From the IMG/VR virus record IMGVR_UViG_3300050156_000193, positions 8,450 through 72,449 of that record: 64,000 nt of DNA; one strand, written 5' to 3'. Every line of letters starts with the position of its first letter. Position 1 is the stretch's first letter. A program made the position numbers and the translations under genes. Positions 1 through 8,241 of this stretch are shown here, one piece after another. The notes below the pieces were generated by a model. The model was not told the DNA's origin, made no database searches, and worked only from the letters and a program-made list of their open reading frames with translations. Source of the DNA: a virus (Duplodnaviria > Caudoviricetes).

Positions 1-152
1 GTAGGCTCTAAGCTGAAAACAGCTCCTGCGGCTGAGCAGCTGAGCGGAATCGGGTTCTCTTCTACTCAACCGAATACCCTTCTTTGCCGGGTTAAAGGCA
101 AATTTACACGCACCATCAAAGTCGTGTTCTAATCTTTCTACAAGGAAAAACC

Positions 153-569
153 ATGTCACAAGACCTGTTTCAAGTCGCATCGCGCAAGAAGTTTCGTTTC
201 GAGTCCCCCAAGGGCGCAATCTCGACCGAAGACCTGTGGGACCTCCCGCTGACCTCTAATACGGGCCGGGCCAATCTCGATGAGATTGCTCAAGGCCTGT
301 ACAAGGCGGTGCGGGCCAGTGCTGAGACGACTTCGTTTGTTACTCCGACGACGGCGGCATCTGCTGCTGCGGCAGAGTTGTCGGACAAGTTGGAAATTGT
401 TAAAGCTGTGATTACAGTTCGGATTGCGGAACGTGACGCCGCTTCTGCAGCTCAGGCTCGCAAGGAAGAGCGGCAGAAGATTCTGGAACTGATTGCTGAA
501 AAGAAGGAAGGCCAGTTGGCTAACTTGAGCCTGGAAGACCTTGAAGCTCGCCTGGCTTCGATTGCGTAA
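153..569 (+). CDS. Conserved phage hypothetical protein (coiled-coil C-terminus)
   Basis: SD AAGGA before ATG; terminator follows; FESPKGAISTEDLWDLPL motif of a type seen in large myophages. Confidence 0.75.
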   Translation: MSQDLFQVASRKKFRFESPKGAISTEDLWDLPLTSNTGRANLDEIAQGLYKAVRASAETTSFVTPTTAASAAAAELSDKLEIVKAVITVRIAERDAASAAQARKEERQKILELIAEKKEGQLANLSLEDLEARLASIA

Positions 570-577
570 TGCCAATT

Positions 578-608
578 AAAAAACCCAGCTTTGAGCTGGG
601 TTTTTTTT
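578..608. terminator. Bidirectional intrinsic terminator
   Basis: AAAAAA-CCCAGCT-ttg-AGCTGGG-T8 between convergent genes. Confidence 0.85.
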
Positions 609-631
609 AGACAAAAAGAGTTTACAACTGC

Positions 632-1012
632 TTAAGCTGCAGCCCGCTTCAGAAGATAATGCTGCTGGTACATCTGCCCGATAATGTCATACAGCGTTGA
701 TTGCAGAATCTTGTTTGGGCAATGATTATCCGCAATGTTACGCAAGGCATCAATGATTGTAGCTGAGTATTCAACTGGGTTTTCACTATGCAAACTGTGA
801 ACTAACTCCGGAGTTTCAGATAGGACAGCGACTTCTGAGAGAGGGTCTCCGGTAGCTTGTTCTGCAAGCCGATCCCCTGCCTCAGTTAAGAAAGAGTAAT
901 AGCTATTCAAAGCTAGATGAGTCGTGTAGCTTTGGGTTCTCAGGTGAAGGATATGCATCCAATCGCCTGCGTCTAGTAGGATTGCAATAGCAATTTGTAA
1001 TGGATCCGGCAT
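632..1012 (-). CDS. Ferritin/Dps-like four-helix-bundle protein
   Basis: HILHLRTQSYTTHLALNSYYSFLTEAGDRLAE matches the H-L-x-T-x-S-Y-x-x-H-x-A-L...D-x-L-x-E pattern of phage Dps-like proteins; TAAAAT-N6-ATG start. Confidence 0.65.
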   Translation of the reverse strand: MPDPLQIAIAILLDAGDWMHILHLRTQSYTTHLALNSYYSFLTEAGDRLAEQATGDPLSEVAVLSETPELVHSLHSENPVEYSATIIDALRNIADNHCPNKILQSTLYDIIGQMYQQHYLLKRAAA

Positions 1013-1067
1013 GCCAAGATTTTAGCATAGCGGGATCGAAGTCAACAGTGAAATTAGGAATTTCAAA

Positions 1068-1829
1068 ATGCTTAGAACCATTTCCAAGTCATCTAATAAG
1101 AAACTAGGCCCTTGCGCCTCGACCTATCGTTCCGGGAACGAGAGCGTTTACGCAACTTGTCCGACAACCTGCCAACTCAAGCCAAGTTCTGAACAAGGTT
1201 CAGGTCTTATCAATCAAGAATATTTAGATGTGGTGGTCCATGCTGTACCTAAAGAAGGCCGGAGTTGGACCTACTCTCACTTCAACTACACACTCTTGCC
1301 AATCACCGTTCCCGGCCAGACTTGTATCAACGTTTCGGCTGACACGGTAGCCGAGGCAGTAGAATCCATCCGGGCGGGGTACCCTACAGTGGTGGTGGTG
1401 CCTAAAAGCTACGATGCTAAGGTAGACAGAGTGTCTATTCCGAACGGGGAAGTCCGAATGGTTCGATGCCCTGCAGAATATCAGGATCAGACAACCTGCT
1501 ATAATTGTGGGTCTGGGAGTCCACTTTGTGCTAGGCATGAACGGGATTACGTGATCAAGTTCACCGCCCATGGGAACCAGGCTAAGAAGATTCTTATGCG
1601 GGTTGAAGGTCAGACCTCTGACACTGGAGGCTGCTACGGAAATAGCGGGCCTGTAAGGCTTCAATGGGAGAAGACTAGGGGGGTAGGTGCTGTTGGGGTA
1701 GCAGGGGGGGCTCTAGCGGGTCCTGAGGATTCTCAAAGGCCAAGCGATGCAGAGCAGTTGGCTAGGTTCGTAGAAGGGCTGCCGGAGGGGACGTTGTTGA
1801 GGCATCATGTGGTGGGAGATTTGGGGTGA
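1068..1829 (+). CDS. Cys-rich phage protein (DUF7227/gp88-like, possible Fe-S or Zn binding)
   Basis: TCPTTC, TYSH, CPA, CYNC..LC, FTAHG, GGCYG and LRHHVVGD motifs; SD AGGA. Confidence 0.55.
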   Translation: MLRTISKSSNKKLGPCASTYRSGNESVYATCPTTCQLKPSSEQGSGLINQEYLDVVVHAVPKEGRSWTYSHFNYTLLPITVPGQTCINVSADTVAEAVESIRAGYPTVVVVPKSYDAKVDRVSIPNGEVRMVRCPAEYQDQTTCYNCGSGSPLCARHERDYVIKFTAHGNQAKKILMRVEGQTSDTGGCYGNSGPVRLQWEKTRGVGAVGVAGGALAGPEDSQRPSDAEQLARFVEGLPEGTLLRHHVVGDLG

Positions 1830-1833
1830 GTAG

Positions 1834-1863
1834 TTCAATAAAACTCTCAGGTGCTGGTATAAG
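1834..1863 (+). promoter_or_regulatory. Class I phage promoter
   Basis: TTCAAT-N18-TATAAG with TGG directly before the -10; one of 10 copies. Confidence 0.7.
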
Positions 1864-1916
1864 ATGGGTAACTGTTCTAGATGGTAGTTGTATTTAATTT
1901 TTTAAAAGGTCAATAG

Positions 1917-3827
1917 ATGGGCGGAAAACGGAGAACACAAGAGTCTTTTCTTGCTGAGTTGGAGCAAAAGTTTCCAGGTGTATACAACACCAGCAAGGTT
2001 AAGTACGTTAACACGGAGACTCCTGTAGAGCTTATTTGTACTGCAAGAGGACATGAGTTAAAGCTCACCGCTGAGGGGATCTTTGGCAAGCGTAGTTACG
2101 GGTGCAAGGCCTGTAAGATGCAAAGTGTCTGGGAGGCTAAGAAAGTCTCCACCGATACTATGGCAGGTAGATTTTTAGAGGCCCATGGAACTCAGTATGG
2201 CTACGACTGGAGTACTTACAAAAGTCCCCAGGACGAAGTCAAGATCACCTGCCCAGTGCACGGTGAATTTTGGCAAGTTGCGGCTGTACACGCAAAAGGG
2301 TGTCATTGCCCAAAGTGCTCTACTAAGGAGCGATCTGAGGCGTCGATTCCTACTTACGGCAAGTTCATCCAAGAATTACACGAAGTTCACGGCAAAGATA
2401 AATTCACCCCAGAAGAAGGGACTTACTCAAAGTACACGTCTTCGATGAACTTGCTATGCAATCAATGTAATACGATATTCTCTATCCAACCTACAGTCTT
2501 ACTTTCTTCTGAGAGAAAAGGGTGCCCTGACTGTAATCGAGAGCGTGGATGGGTAGAGATGAAAGTAACTCAAGAAGAGGTGCTTGAAAGATTTGCACGG
2601 CAGCATGGGGATACCTATGACTATGATATGACCGGATATGAAACTTTAGATTCTCCCATCAAGGTGTACTGCAAGGTGGATAAGGAATGGTTCATCCAGC
2701 AGGCAAAGGTTCATGCAAAAGGGCACGGGTGTCCTAAATGTGGGGGTAGGGCTTCTTCTACCGCTAGAACGGAATCTAAAGAAGGGGCTGAAATTAGATC
2801 TAAGGCAATTCATGGGGATAAATATGAGTACCTTGAAAAAATAGGAACAGGTCCTTATGCAAAGTGGAACTTGATCTGTGAGGTGCATGGACCTTTTACT
2901 CAAAGAGTTCAGGACCATTTACGGGGAGCTGGTTGTAGCAAGTGTCCCCATCCTATCTCTAAGGGGGAGAAGGAGTTGACAGACTTTTTATCGGGGCTGG
3001 GGATAGCAGTACGTCCTCAATTTAACACGCCTAGCGGAAGATCTGTAGATATTTACTTGCCGGAATCAAATTTAGCCATAGAGTTCAACGGATTATTCTA
3101 CCATTCCAATGGTATAGGTAAATTGGGAAGTACTATGGGTAGAAGAGCGTCTCCCAGTTGGCACTTGCAAAAAACTCTGGATTGTCTTAAAGATGGAATC
3201 AGGTTGATTCATATATATGAAGATGAGTGGATGTTTCATAGAGAGAAAGTGATCAATCTGATTACAGGGGTCCTAGGAGAGACTTCTGAGAAGATAGGGG
3301 CTAGGAAATGCTACGTAAAACCTCTCTCATGGGGAGAGGCTTCTCCCTTCATAGAAAAGTATCATTTGCAAGGGGCAGGATCCCCTTGCAAGTGGATCAA
3401 GGGTCTTTTCTTCGGAGATACTCTAGTAGGGGTTATGGCATTTAAGAGCCAGGGAGAAGGGGCGGTAGAGTTGGTACGATTTGTCACTACAGGGAGAGTT
3501 CAAGGAGGATTCTCTAAGCTGTTATCTGCATTTAGAAGAGACCCTGATTTTCAATTTACTAAGATCATATCTTTCTCCGATACCAGGTGGTCACAGGGGG
3601 ATGTATACGAAAAGAATGGTTTTCATTTAGAATGTGAAATTAGACCCGACTACTACTACGTAAGGGGAAGGCGTCGGTTCCATAAACAGGGATTCAGAAG
3701 GGAGGATTTAGAAAAGATGTTGGAAAACTACAATTCAGAACTATCAGAAGTTGAGAACTGCTATAATCACAACATCTTTCAAATCTGGGATTGTGGTAAG
3801 AAAAAATGGGTCTTGGACCTGGTATAA
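1917..3827 (+). CDS. Putative homing endonuclease: Zn-ribbon repeats + Vsr/DUF559-like nuclease + GNAT-like C-domain
   Basis: Repeated CxxHG...CPxC units; DIYLPxxxLAIEFNGxxYH nuclease motif; ELVRF...GGFSKLL...ISFSDTRWS...YEKNGF; WDCG end. Confidence 0.75.
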   Translation: MGGKRRTQESFLAELEQKFPGVYNTSKVKYVNTETPVELICTARGHELKLTAEGIFGKRSYGCKACKMQSVWEAKKVSTDTMAGRFLEAHGTQYGYDWSTYKSPQDEVKITCPVHGEFWQVAAVHAKGCHCPKCSTKERSEASIPTYGKFIQELHEVHGKDKFTPEEGTYSKYTSSMNLLCNQCNTIFSIQPTVLLSSERKGCPDCNRERGWVEMKVTQEEVLERFARQHGDTYDYDMTGYETLDSPIKVYCKVDKEWFIQQAKVHAKGHGCPKCGGRASSTARTESKEGAEIRSKAIHGDKYEYLEKIGTGPYAKWNLICEVHGPFTQRVQDHLRGAGCSKCPHPISKGEKELTDFLSGLGIAVRPQFNTPSGRSVDIYLPESNLAIEFNGLFYHSNGIGKLGSTMGRRASPSWHLQKTLDCLKDGIRLIHIYEDEWMFHREKVINLITGVLGETSEKIGARKCYVKPLSWGEASPFIEKYHLQGAGSPCKWIKGLFFGDTLVGVMAFKSQGEGAVELVRFVTTGRVQGGFSKLLSAFRRDPDFQFTKIISFSDTRWSQGDVYEKNGFHLECEIRPDYYYVRGRRRFHKQGFRREDLEKMLENYNSELSEVENCYNHNIFQIWDCGKKKWVLDLV

Positions 3828-3865
3828 TTAATCCGGCCCCACTCTAGGGCCTACTTGATAAAGAC

Positions 3866-5563
3866 ATGGAAATTCAAAAGAGAAATCTGGAACTAGAAGC
3901 CGAAGTGGCCTTGGAGTTAGAGGCTGTTCACGGCAAACGATTTGTCTATGATCTAAATGGTATTCAGAATAGGGTTTCAACAATCCCTATTATTTGCCCT
4001 GAACATGGACTATTTCAGCAAACAATCTATAGACATTTGACGAGCAAACATGGCTGCCCTAAGTGTTCTCGAATTTCAGCTGTTGAAAATACAAGCAAAG
4101 GGTTTCCTTACTTTCAAGAAAAGATAGAAGGAAGATACCCGGGAGAATTCGATTTCTCTAACCCAGAGTACACAAAGGCAAGTGAGAGGTTTTTCCTAAC
4201 ACACATTCCGTGTGGGACAAGAGCCTCTTATTTGTATGAGGTTTTGATACGAAAGGACTCGGTAAGCTGCAGAGTCTGTACGCCTAGAGGTACCAAGGCG
4301 ATTTCTCAGGATGATTGTGAGAAGCGCTTCAGACAGGTTCATGGGGAAACCTATGATTATGACTTCAGTACCTATAAGAACGCCACTACGAAAATGTCCA
4401 TGATATGCAGGGAACATGGGGTGTTTGAGCAGACCCCAATGTCTCATTGGAATGGACATGGGTGTCAGAAGTGTGGGGTAGAGAAGATGGTAGATGAGAA
4501 TAGATTGCCCCGTCATGTACTGCAGGAGCGTGCATACTCTCGGTGGGGGGATGCTTTTGAGTATGACTGGGAGTCTTTTATCACAACCAACCACAAAATG
4601 AGGATATTCTGCAAGAAAAATGATCACGGTTGGTTTACTCAATCAGCAGGAGATCATCTGGCCGGTCATGGATGTAGAAAATGCGTGTCTGCACAATCCA
4701 CACCTGAAACTGAAATACTTGAGTTTATTGCATCAAGAGGATTAGAAGCAATCCATGGGTACCGAATGCAAAACAATAAAGAGATAGACATATACCTCCC
4801 TTCTCTGAGACTTGGAATAGAATATGATGGCCTGTATTACCACTCTAGCGCATTTAACAAAGATAAGAACTACCACTTAAAGAAGACGTTAGATGCGGCA
4901 AAAGAGGGGATTAGGGTTATTCACATATTTGAAGATGAGTGGGTCTATTCCAGAAGTAAAGTAGAATCCATTCTATCCATGAACTTAAAGATCTATTCGG
5001 GTCAAAAGATTTTTGCGAGGAATACAAGTGTAGTAGGGGTGCCTTGGAGTGAAGCTAAGGCGTTCTTAGAGGAGTTCCACTTACAGGGGGCAGGGGCTGC
5101 AGCTACTTGTGTAGGTCTTATCTCTCAAGGTCAAGTAGTAGCAGTGATGGGGTTTAGAAATACTGGGATCCCTTGTGAAGTTGAGCTTATTAGGTTTGTG
5201 TCTAGGGGGCAAATTGTTGGGGGGTTTTCTAAGCTCTTGAGAGCCTACCTAAAAGATCAAGAAAGTAAAGGTACTGCTTTAAGCAGAGTTGTGTCTTTCT
5301 CAGACACTAGGTGGTCTCTGGGGGACGTCTACGAAAAGAACGGGTTTCAAGTAGAGTATGAAATACCCCCAGACTACATGTATACCCGAGGTATGCGTAG
5401 GTTTCATAAAAGAGGGTTTCAGCATCAATATTTGAAAGCCAAGTTTGATAAAGGGGAACTCCCATTCTATGATCCGGAAGAGACTGAGCTGGTAAATTGT
5501 GAGAAAAACCACTACTACCAGATCTGGGATTGTGGTAAGAAAAAATGGGTTCTAGATCTGTGA
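3866..5563 (+). CDS. Paralogous putative homing endonuclease (same architecture)
   Basis: CPEHG/CPKC repeats; DIYLPSLRLGIEYDGLYYH; identical QIWDCGKKKWVLDL C-terminus. Confidence 0.75.
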   Translation: MEIQKRNLELEAEVALELEAVHGKRFVYDLNGIQNRVSTIPIICPEHGLFQQTIYRHLTSKHGCPKCSRISAVENTSKGFPYFQEKIEGRYPGEFDFSNPEYTKASERFFLTHIPCGTRASYLYEVLIRKDSVSCRVCTPRGTKAISQDDCEKRFRQVHGETYDYDFSTYKNATTKMSMICREHGVFEQTPMSHWNGHGCQKCGVEKMVDENRLPRHVLQERAYSRWGDAFEYDWESFITTNHKMRIFCKKNDHGWFTQSAGDHLAGHGCRKCVSAQSTPETEILEFIASRGLEAIHGYRMQNNKEIDIYLPSLRLGIEYDGLYYHSSAFNKDKNYHLKKTLDAAKEGIRVIHIFEDEWVYSRSKVESILSMNLKIYSGQKIFARNTSVVGVPWSEAKAFLEEFHLQGAGAAATCVGLISQGQVVAVMGFRNTGIPCEVELIRFVSRGQIVGGFSKLLRAYLKDQESKGTALSRVVSFSDTRWSLGDVYEKNGFQVEYEIPPDYMYTRGMRRFHKRGFQHQYLKAKFDKGELPFYDPEETELVNCEKNHYYQIWDCGKKKWVLDL

Positions 5564-5566
5564 AAG

Positions 5567-5593
5567 AAAAAGCCTGGCTATCCCAGGCTTTTT
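5567..5593. terminator. Bidirectional intrinsic terminator
   Basis: AAAAAGCCTGG-ctatc-CCAGGCTTTTT between convergent endonuclease and capsid genes. Confidence 0.85.
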
Positions 5594-5627
5594 AGAAAAG
5601 GCAGAGAATAACTCTGCTTTTTTTAGC

Positions 5628-6518
5628 TTAGAACGTGCAACGAACCACGGCGTTGACGTTACCAAGGCCCACACCAATCGATTCGTATACCGACCACTCC
5701 AGCATTTCCTTCTCAGCCTTGAGGAACACAGTCGCTTCTTGGAGCGAATATGCTTGACCCAAATACTGCGGGGGAGCAAACACCAGCATTTCGTTATCAG
5801 CAAGAATGTCATTCTTGTTGGTAGTGATGATGTTGTATCCGAACGGTGAAGTCAGTGAAGCTTCACCCATCCACAGGCTGGAAGCAGCAGGGCTACCAAC
5901 GTCGGTTGAGGGGAATGCCAGCAGATCCGAGTACAGGCTTTGGGTCATCAGCACGCAACCGACAGGTAGTTGCTTTTGAATCAGCTTCTTGACACCAGCC
6001 AGGAAGTTAGCCTTGGAGAATCCACCAGAGATGGCGTAGTCATTGCTTTGAGCAGCAGTGATCGTACGGATGTTGCCGTAGAAACCCACGTCTTCTTGCT
6101 TTTGGATATCCTTGATCGAATTCTCTTGCAGCACCGTGCGGATATCCGTCCGGTAAGTTAAAAGTTCGAACTTACTTTTTCTAAAATCGGCTGATGCTAA
6201 TTTTTGGAACGTCACGGGGTAGCGAGGAGTAGTCCAGTACCGAATTTCGCTACGGCCCAGGAAGGGTAAAGTAGCTGCAATCGAATCGGGTTCTTTCTCA
6301 CAAATAACCGTAGGCTCTTCTGTTAGCTGACGATCTAGTTCAGCCGCAGTAATCGGTTGGAAAGGCAAGACCTTACGAGTAAAGCCATCCTCACGAAGCT
6401 TTTGGCGAACAAAAGCCGACATGGCAACGCCAGCTTCCTTAGTCATACCCGAATCAACCTTGTCCAGGAAAGACTGGTTCAGGTATTGAACGTTGACAGT
6501 TTCAGTGTTATAACTCAT
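5628..6518 (-). CDS. Major capsid protein (HK97 fold)
   Basis: 296 aa; last gene of head operon; strong SD AGGAG; biased C/T-ending codons; E-loop-like 'RKVLPFQPITAAELDR...EKEPDS' and C-terminal 'YESIGVGLGNVNAV'. Confidence 0.75.
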   Translation of the reverse strand: MSYNTETVNVQYLNQSFLDKVDSGMTKEAGVAMSAFVRQKLREDGFTRKVLPFQPITAAELDRQLTEEPTVICEKEPDSIAATLPFLGRSEIRYWTTPRYPVTFQKLASADFRKSKFELLTYRTDIRTVLQENSIKDIQKQEDVGFYGNIRTITAAQSNDYAISGGFSKANFLAGVKKLIQKQLPVGCVLMTQSLYSDLLAFPSTDVGSPAASSLWMGEASLTSPFGYNIITTNKNDILADNEMLVFAPPQYLGQAYSLQEATVFLKAEKEMLEWSVYESIGVGLGNVNAVVRCTF

Positions 6519-6536
6519 TTTTAGTATGCTCCTGGA

Positions 6537-6983
6537 TTAGTTGAACTTGACGATGATCGAGGCATCATTCACAGCGGAGTTGGCAATCACGTCCAGGACC
6601 ACGCCAACGATAGGATCAGTACCGAAAGTACCTAGGGCCAGATAGTTCAGACCTGTACCATCCTTTTGAATGGTCACGTAGGCACCGGGAGTAAACGTCA
6701 CAGCGCTTGGCAGATTCTTGATCTGAGCGATGAAGTTCCCCCACAGAACCACAGCCTTACCGGTTGCAGCACCTGAGCCGGAGTCGCCGTTACCTTGAAT
6801 CACTAGACCAGCATTGCCAGCCTTAGAAGTGGTAGCCTTATCAACAGTGTTGTCAGCTTGCTTAACAACCCAGTCACCGTTCACCAGAGTTACGCCAGAC
6901 TTAATGGTTTCAACGCGGTCCAGCGATCCATCGAGCGGCCATCCCCGGATTATATTTACGTTTTTACCTGCATCCATTTTCAT
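6537..6983 (-). CDS. Capsid decoration/cement protein
   Basis: 148 aa beta-rich Gly-rich protein immediately upstream of the MCP; SD AAGGA. Confidence 0.6.
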   Translation of the reverse strand: MKMDAGKNVNIIRGWPLDGSLDRVETIKSGVTLVNGDWVVKQADNTVDKATTSKAGNAGLVIQGNGDSGSGAATGKAVVLWGNFIAQIKNLPSAVTFTPGAYVTIQKDGTGLNYLALGTFGTDPIVGVVLDVIANSAVNDASIIVKFN

Positions 6984-7067
6984 ATCGAAATATCCTTAAT
7001 AGGTTAGTTTTGGAAGTAAGTTGATTTATAAAAGAGAATCAACTTACGAATCTTAGTAGATGACTAT

Positions 7068-7074
7068 ATTTTAG
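7068..7074 (-). promoter_or_regulatory. Candidate -10 (CTAAAAT) for decoration/MCP transcript
   Basis: TAAAAT between the upstream terminator (7138-7156) and the decoration gene; leader contains an 11-bp inverted repeat (7016-7047). Confidence 0.4.
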
Positions 7075-7137
7075 TCGAGAAATTAAAAACAAAGCATGAA
7101 AAGCTAAATCTAAGATTTAAGAGTAGTTTTTTCATAG

Positions 7138-7156
7138 AAAAAGCCCCTTTCGGGGC
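7138..7156 (-). terminator. Intrinsic terminator
   Basis: On minus strand GCCCC-GAAA-GGGGC-TTTTT. Confidence 0.7.
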
Positions 7157-7177
7157 CTAGTTACTTCTTAGAAGAGA

Positions 7178-7786
7178 TCAGCTCAGAATAAACGCTGTAA
7201 AAGGATCCATACTGTCCCTAGCTGCGCCTGCAGACTTCCCCATCTTCCAAGGCTGTTCACTTGCGCTGGCAACCTTGGTTAACGTCGAATCCGGAAGCGC
7301 CATAAGAGCTTGAAGGTCAGCAGCCGTGAAGTCTCCGCTCTGGGCCAACTTGGAGATTTGATCAGGCATTTCTACCGGGGCGTTCTCCAATGCTGACTCT
7401 AGGCTAGCAACCTTTTCAAGAAGTTCTTGAATCTCTGCTTTGGCTTGTTCCAGCTGGGAAGCTTGCTTTTCCAGCTCGGTTACTTCACTGGCAACCTTCG
7501 TCAAGAAGTTAGCTAAAACCTCTTCATCAGTAGGTTGAGCTTTGAATTCGGCAAGGTCAGAAATCTTAATACCTGCAACCTTGATCATCGCCAAGGCTGA
7601 ATCGTAGTCGATACCCTGGGACACCAAGCCGGACGCAGCTTCCTTTTCCATCAAGCTTTGAGCAACCTCGATTCGAGCTTGGTTTTCATCTAGACCAGCT
7701 TGCTTTAGCATTTGCACAGCGGTGTATTCCATTGATTGACTGAGAATACTCTCAGCCTTTTTTAGTAAAGTCGTTGAAGTTTTCAC
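7178..7786 (-). CDS. Head scaffold-like helical protein
   Basis: Acidic coiled-coil with many K-x-A motifs and a QGIDYDSA motif shared with 8242-10155; in head operon. Confidence 0.55.
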   Translation of the reverse strand: MKTSTTLLKKAESILSQSMEYTAVQMLKQAGLDENQARIEVAQSLMEKEAASGLVSQGIDYDSALAMIKVAGIKISDLAEFKAQPTDEEVLANFLTKVASEVTELEKQASQLEQAKAEIQELLEKVASLESALENAPVEMPDQISKLAQSGDFTAADLQALMALPDSTLTKVASASEQPWKMGKSAGAARDSMDPFTAFILS

Positions 7787-8152
7787 TTAGTTGGCTCCGT
7801 GTTTGTCGATAGCTTTGTTAATTTTCACCGCTGCAAAATCCCCGAGAAGACCTAGTCCCCCACCGATTAAAGCGGCCTTTGTGGTAGGGGATGACTTGAT
7901 TCCCTGGAGAATCCCCTTGGCTTTCCCAAGTAGGCCTAGGCTAGGTCTAGCGGCGTGAGCTATTGTGCTCACTGCTCCTGACCCTACCTTTTGAGCCACA
8001 CTCTTTACTCCAGGATTCATCACCTTATGAGTTAAGGCACTAGTACCCATCCCGATGGCCCCGATAACTCCGGTTTGAGCTAGCTCTTTCTTGGAGTCAT
8101 CAGAGAGAATTCTTGCCACTTTTTCAAGGTATCGGTTTGCCATTTTATCCAA
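7787..8152 (-). CDS. Small virion-associated protein with Gly-zipper segments
   Basis: NRYLEKVA N-terminal motif; GVIGAIGMG and IGGGLGLLG hydrophobic segments; start may be ATG at 8143. Confidence 0.6.
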   Translation of the reverse strand: MDKMANRYLEKVARILSDDSKKELAQTGVIGAIGMGTSALTHKVMNPGVKSVAQKVGSGAVSTIAHAARPSLGLLGKAKGILQGIKSSPTTKAALIGGGLGLLGDFAAVKINKAIDKHGAN

Positions 8153-8241
8153 GTAACGAAATAGGTTTTCAGGAACAGGTCGAAGTCGGTGATCATATAG
8201 GTAAGGAGGTTAGAGAAAGGGCTTTTTAAGCCCCCCTCTGC

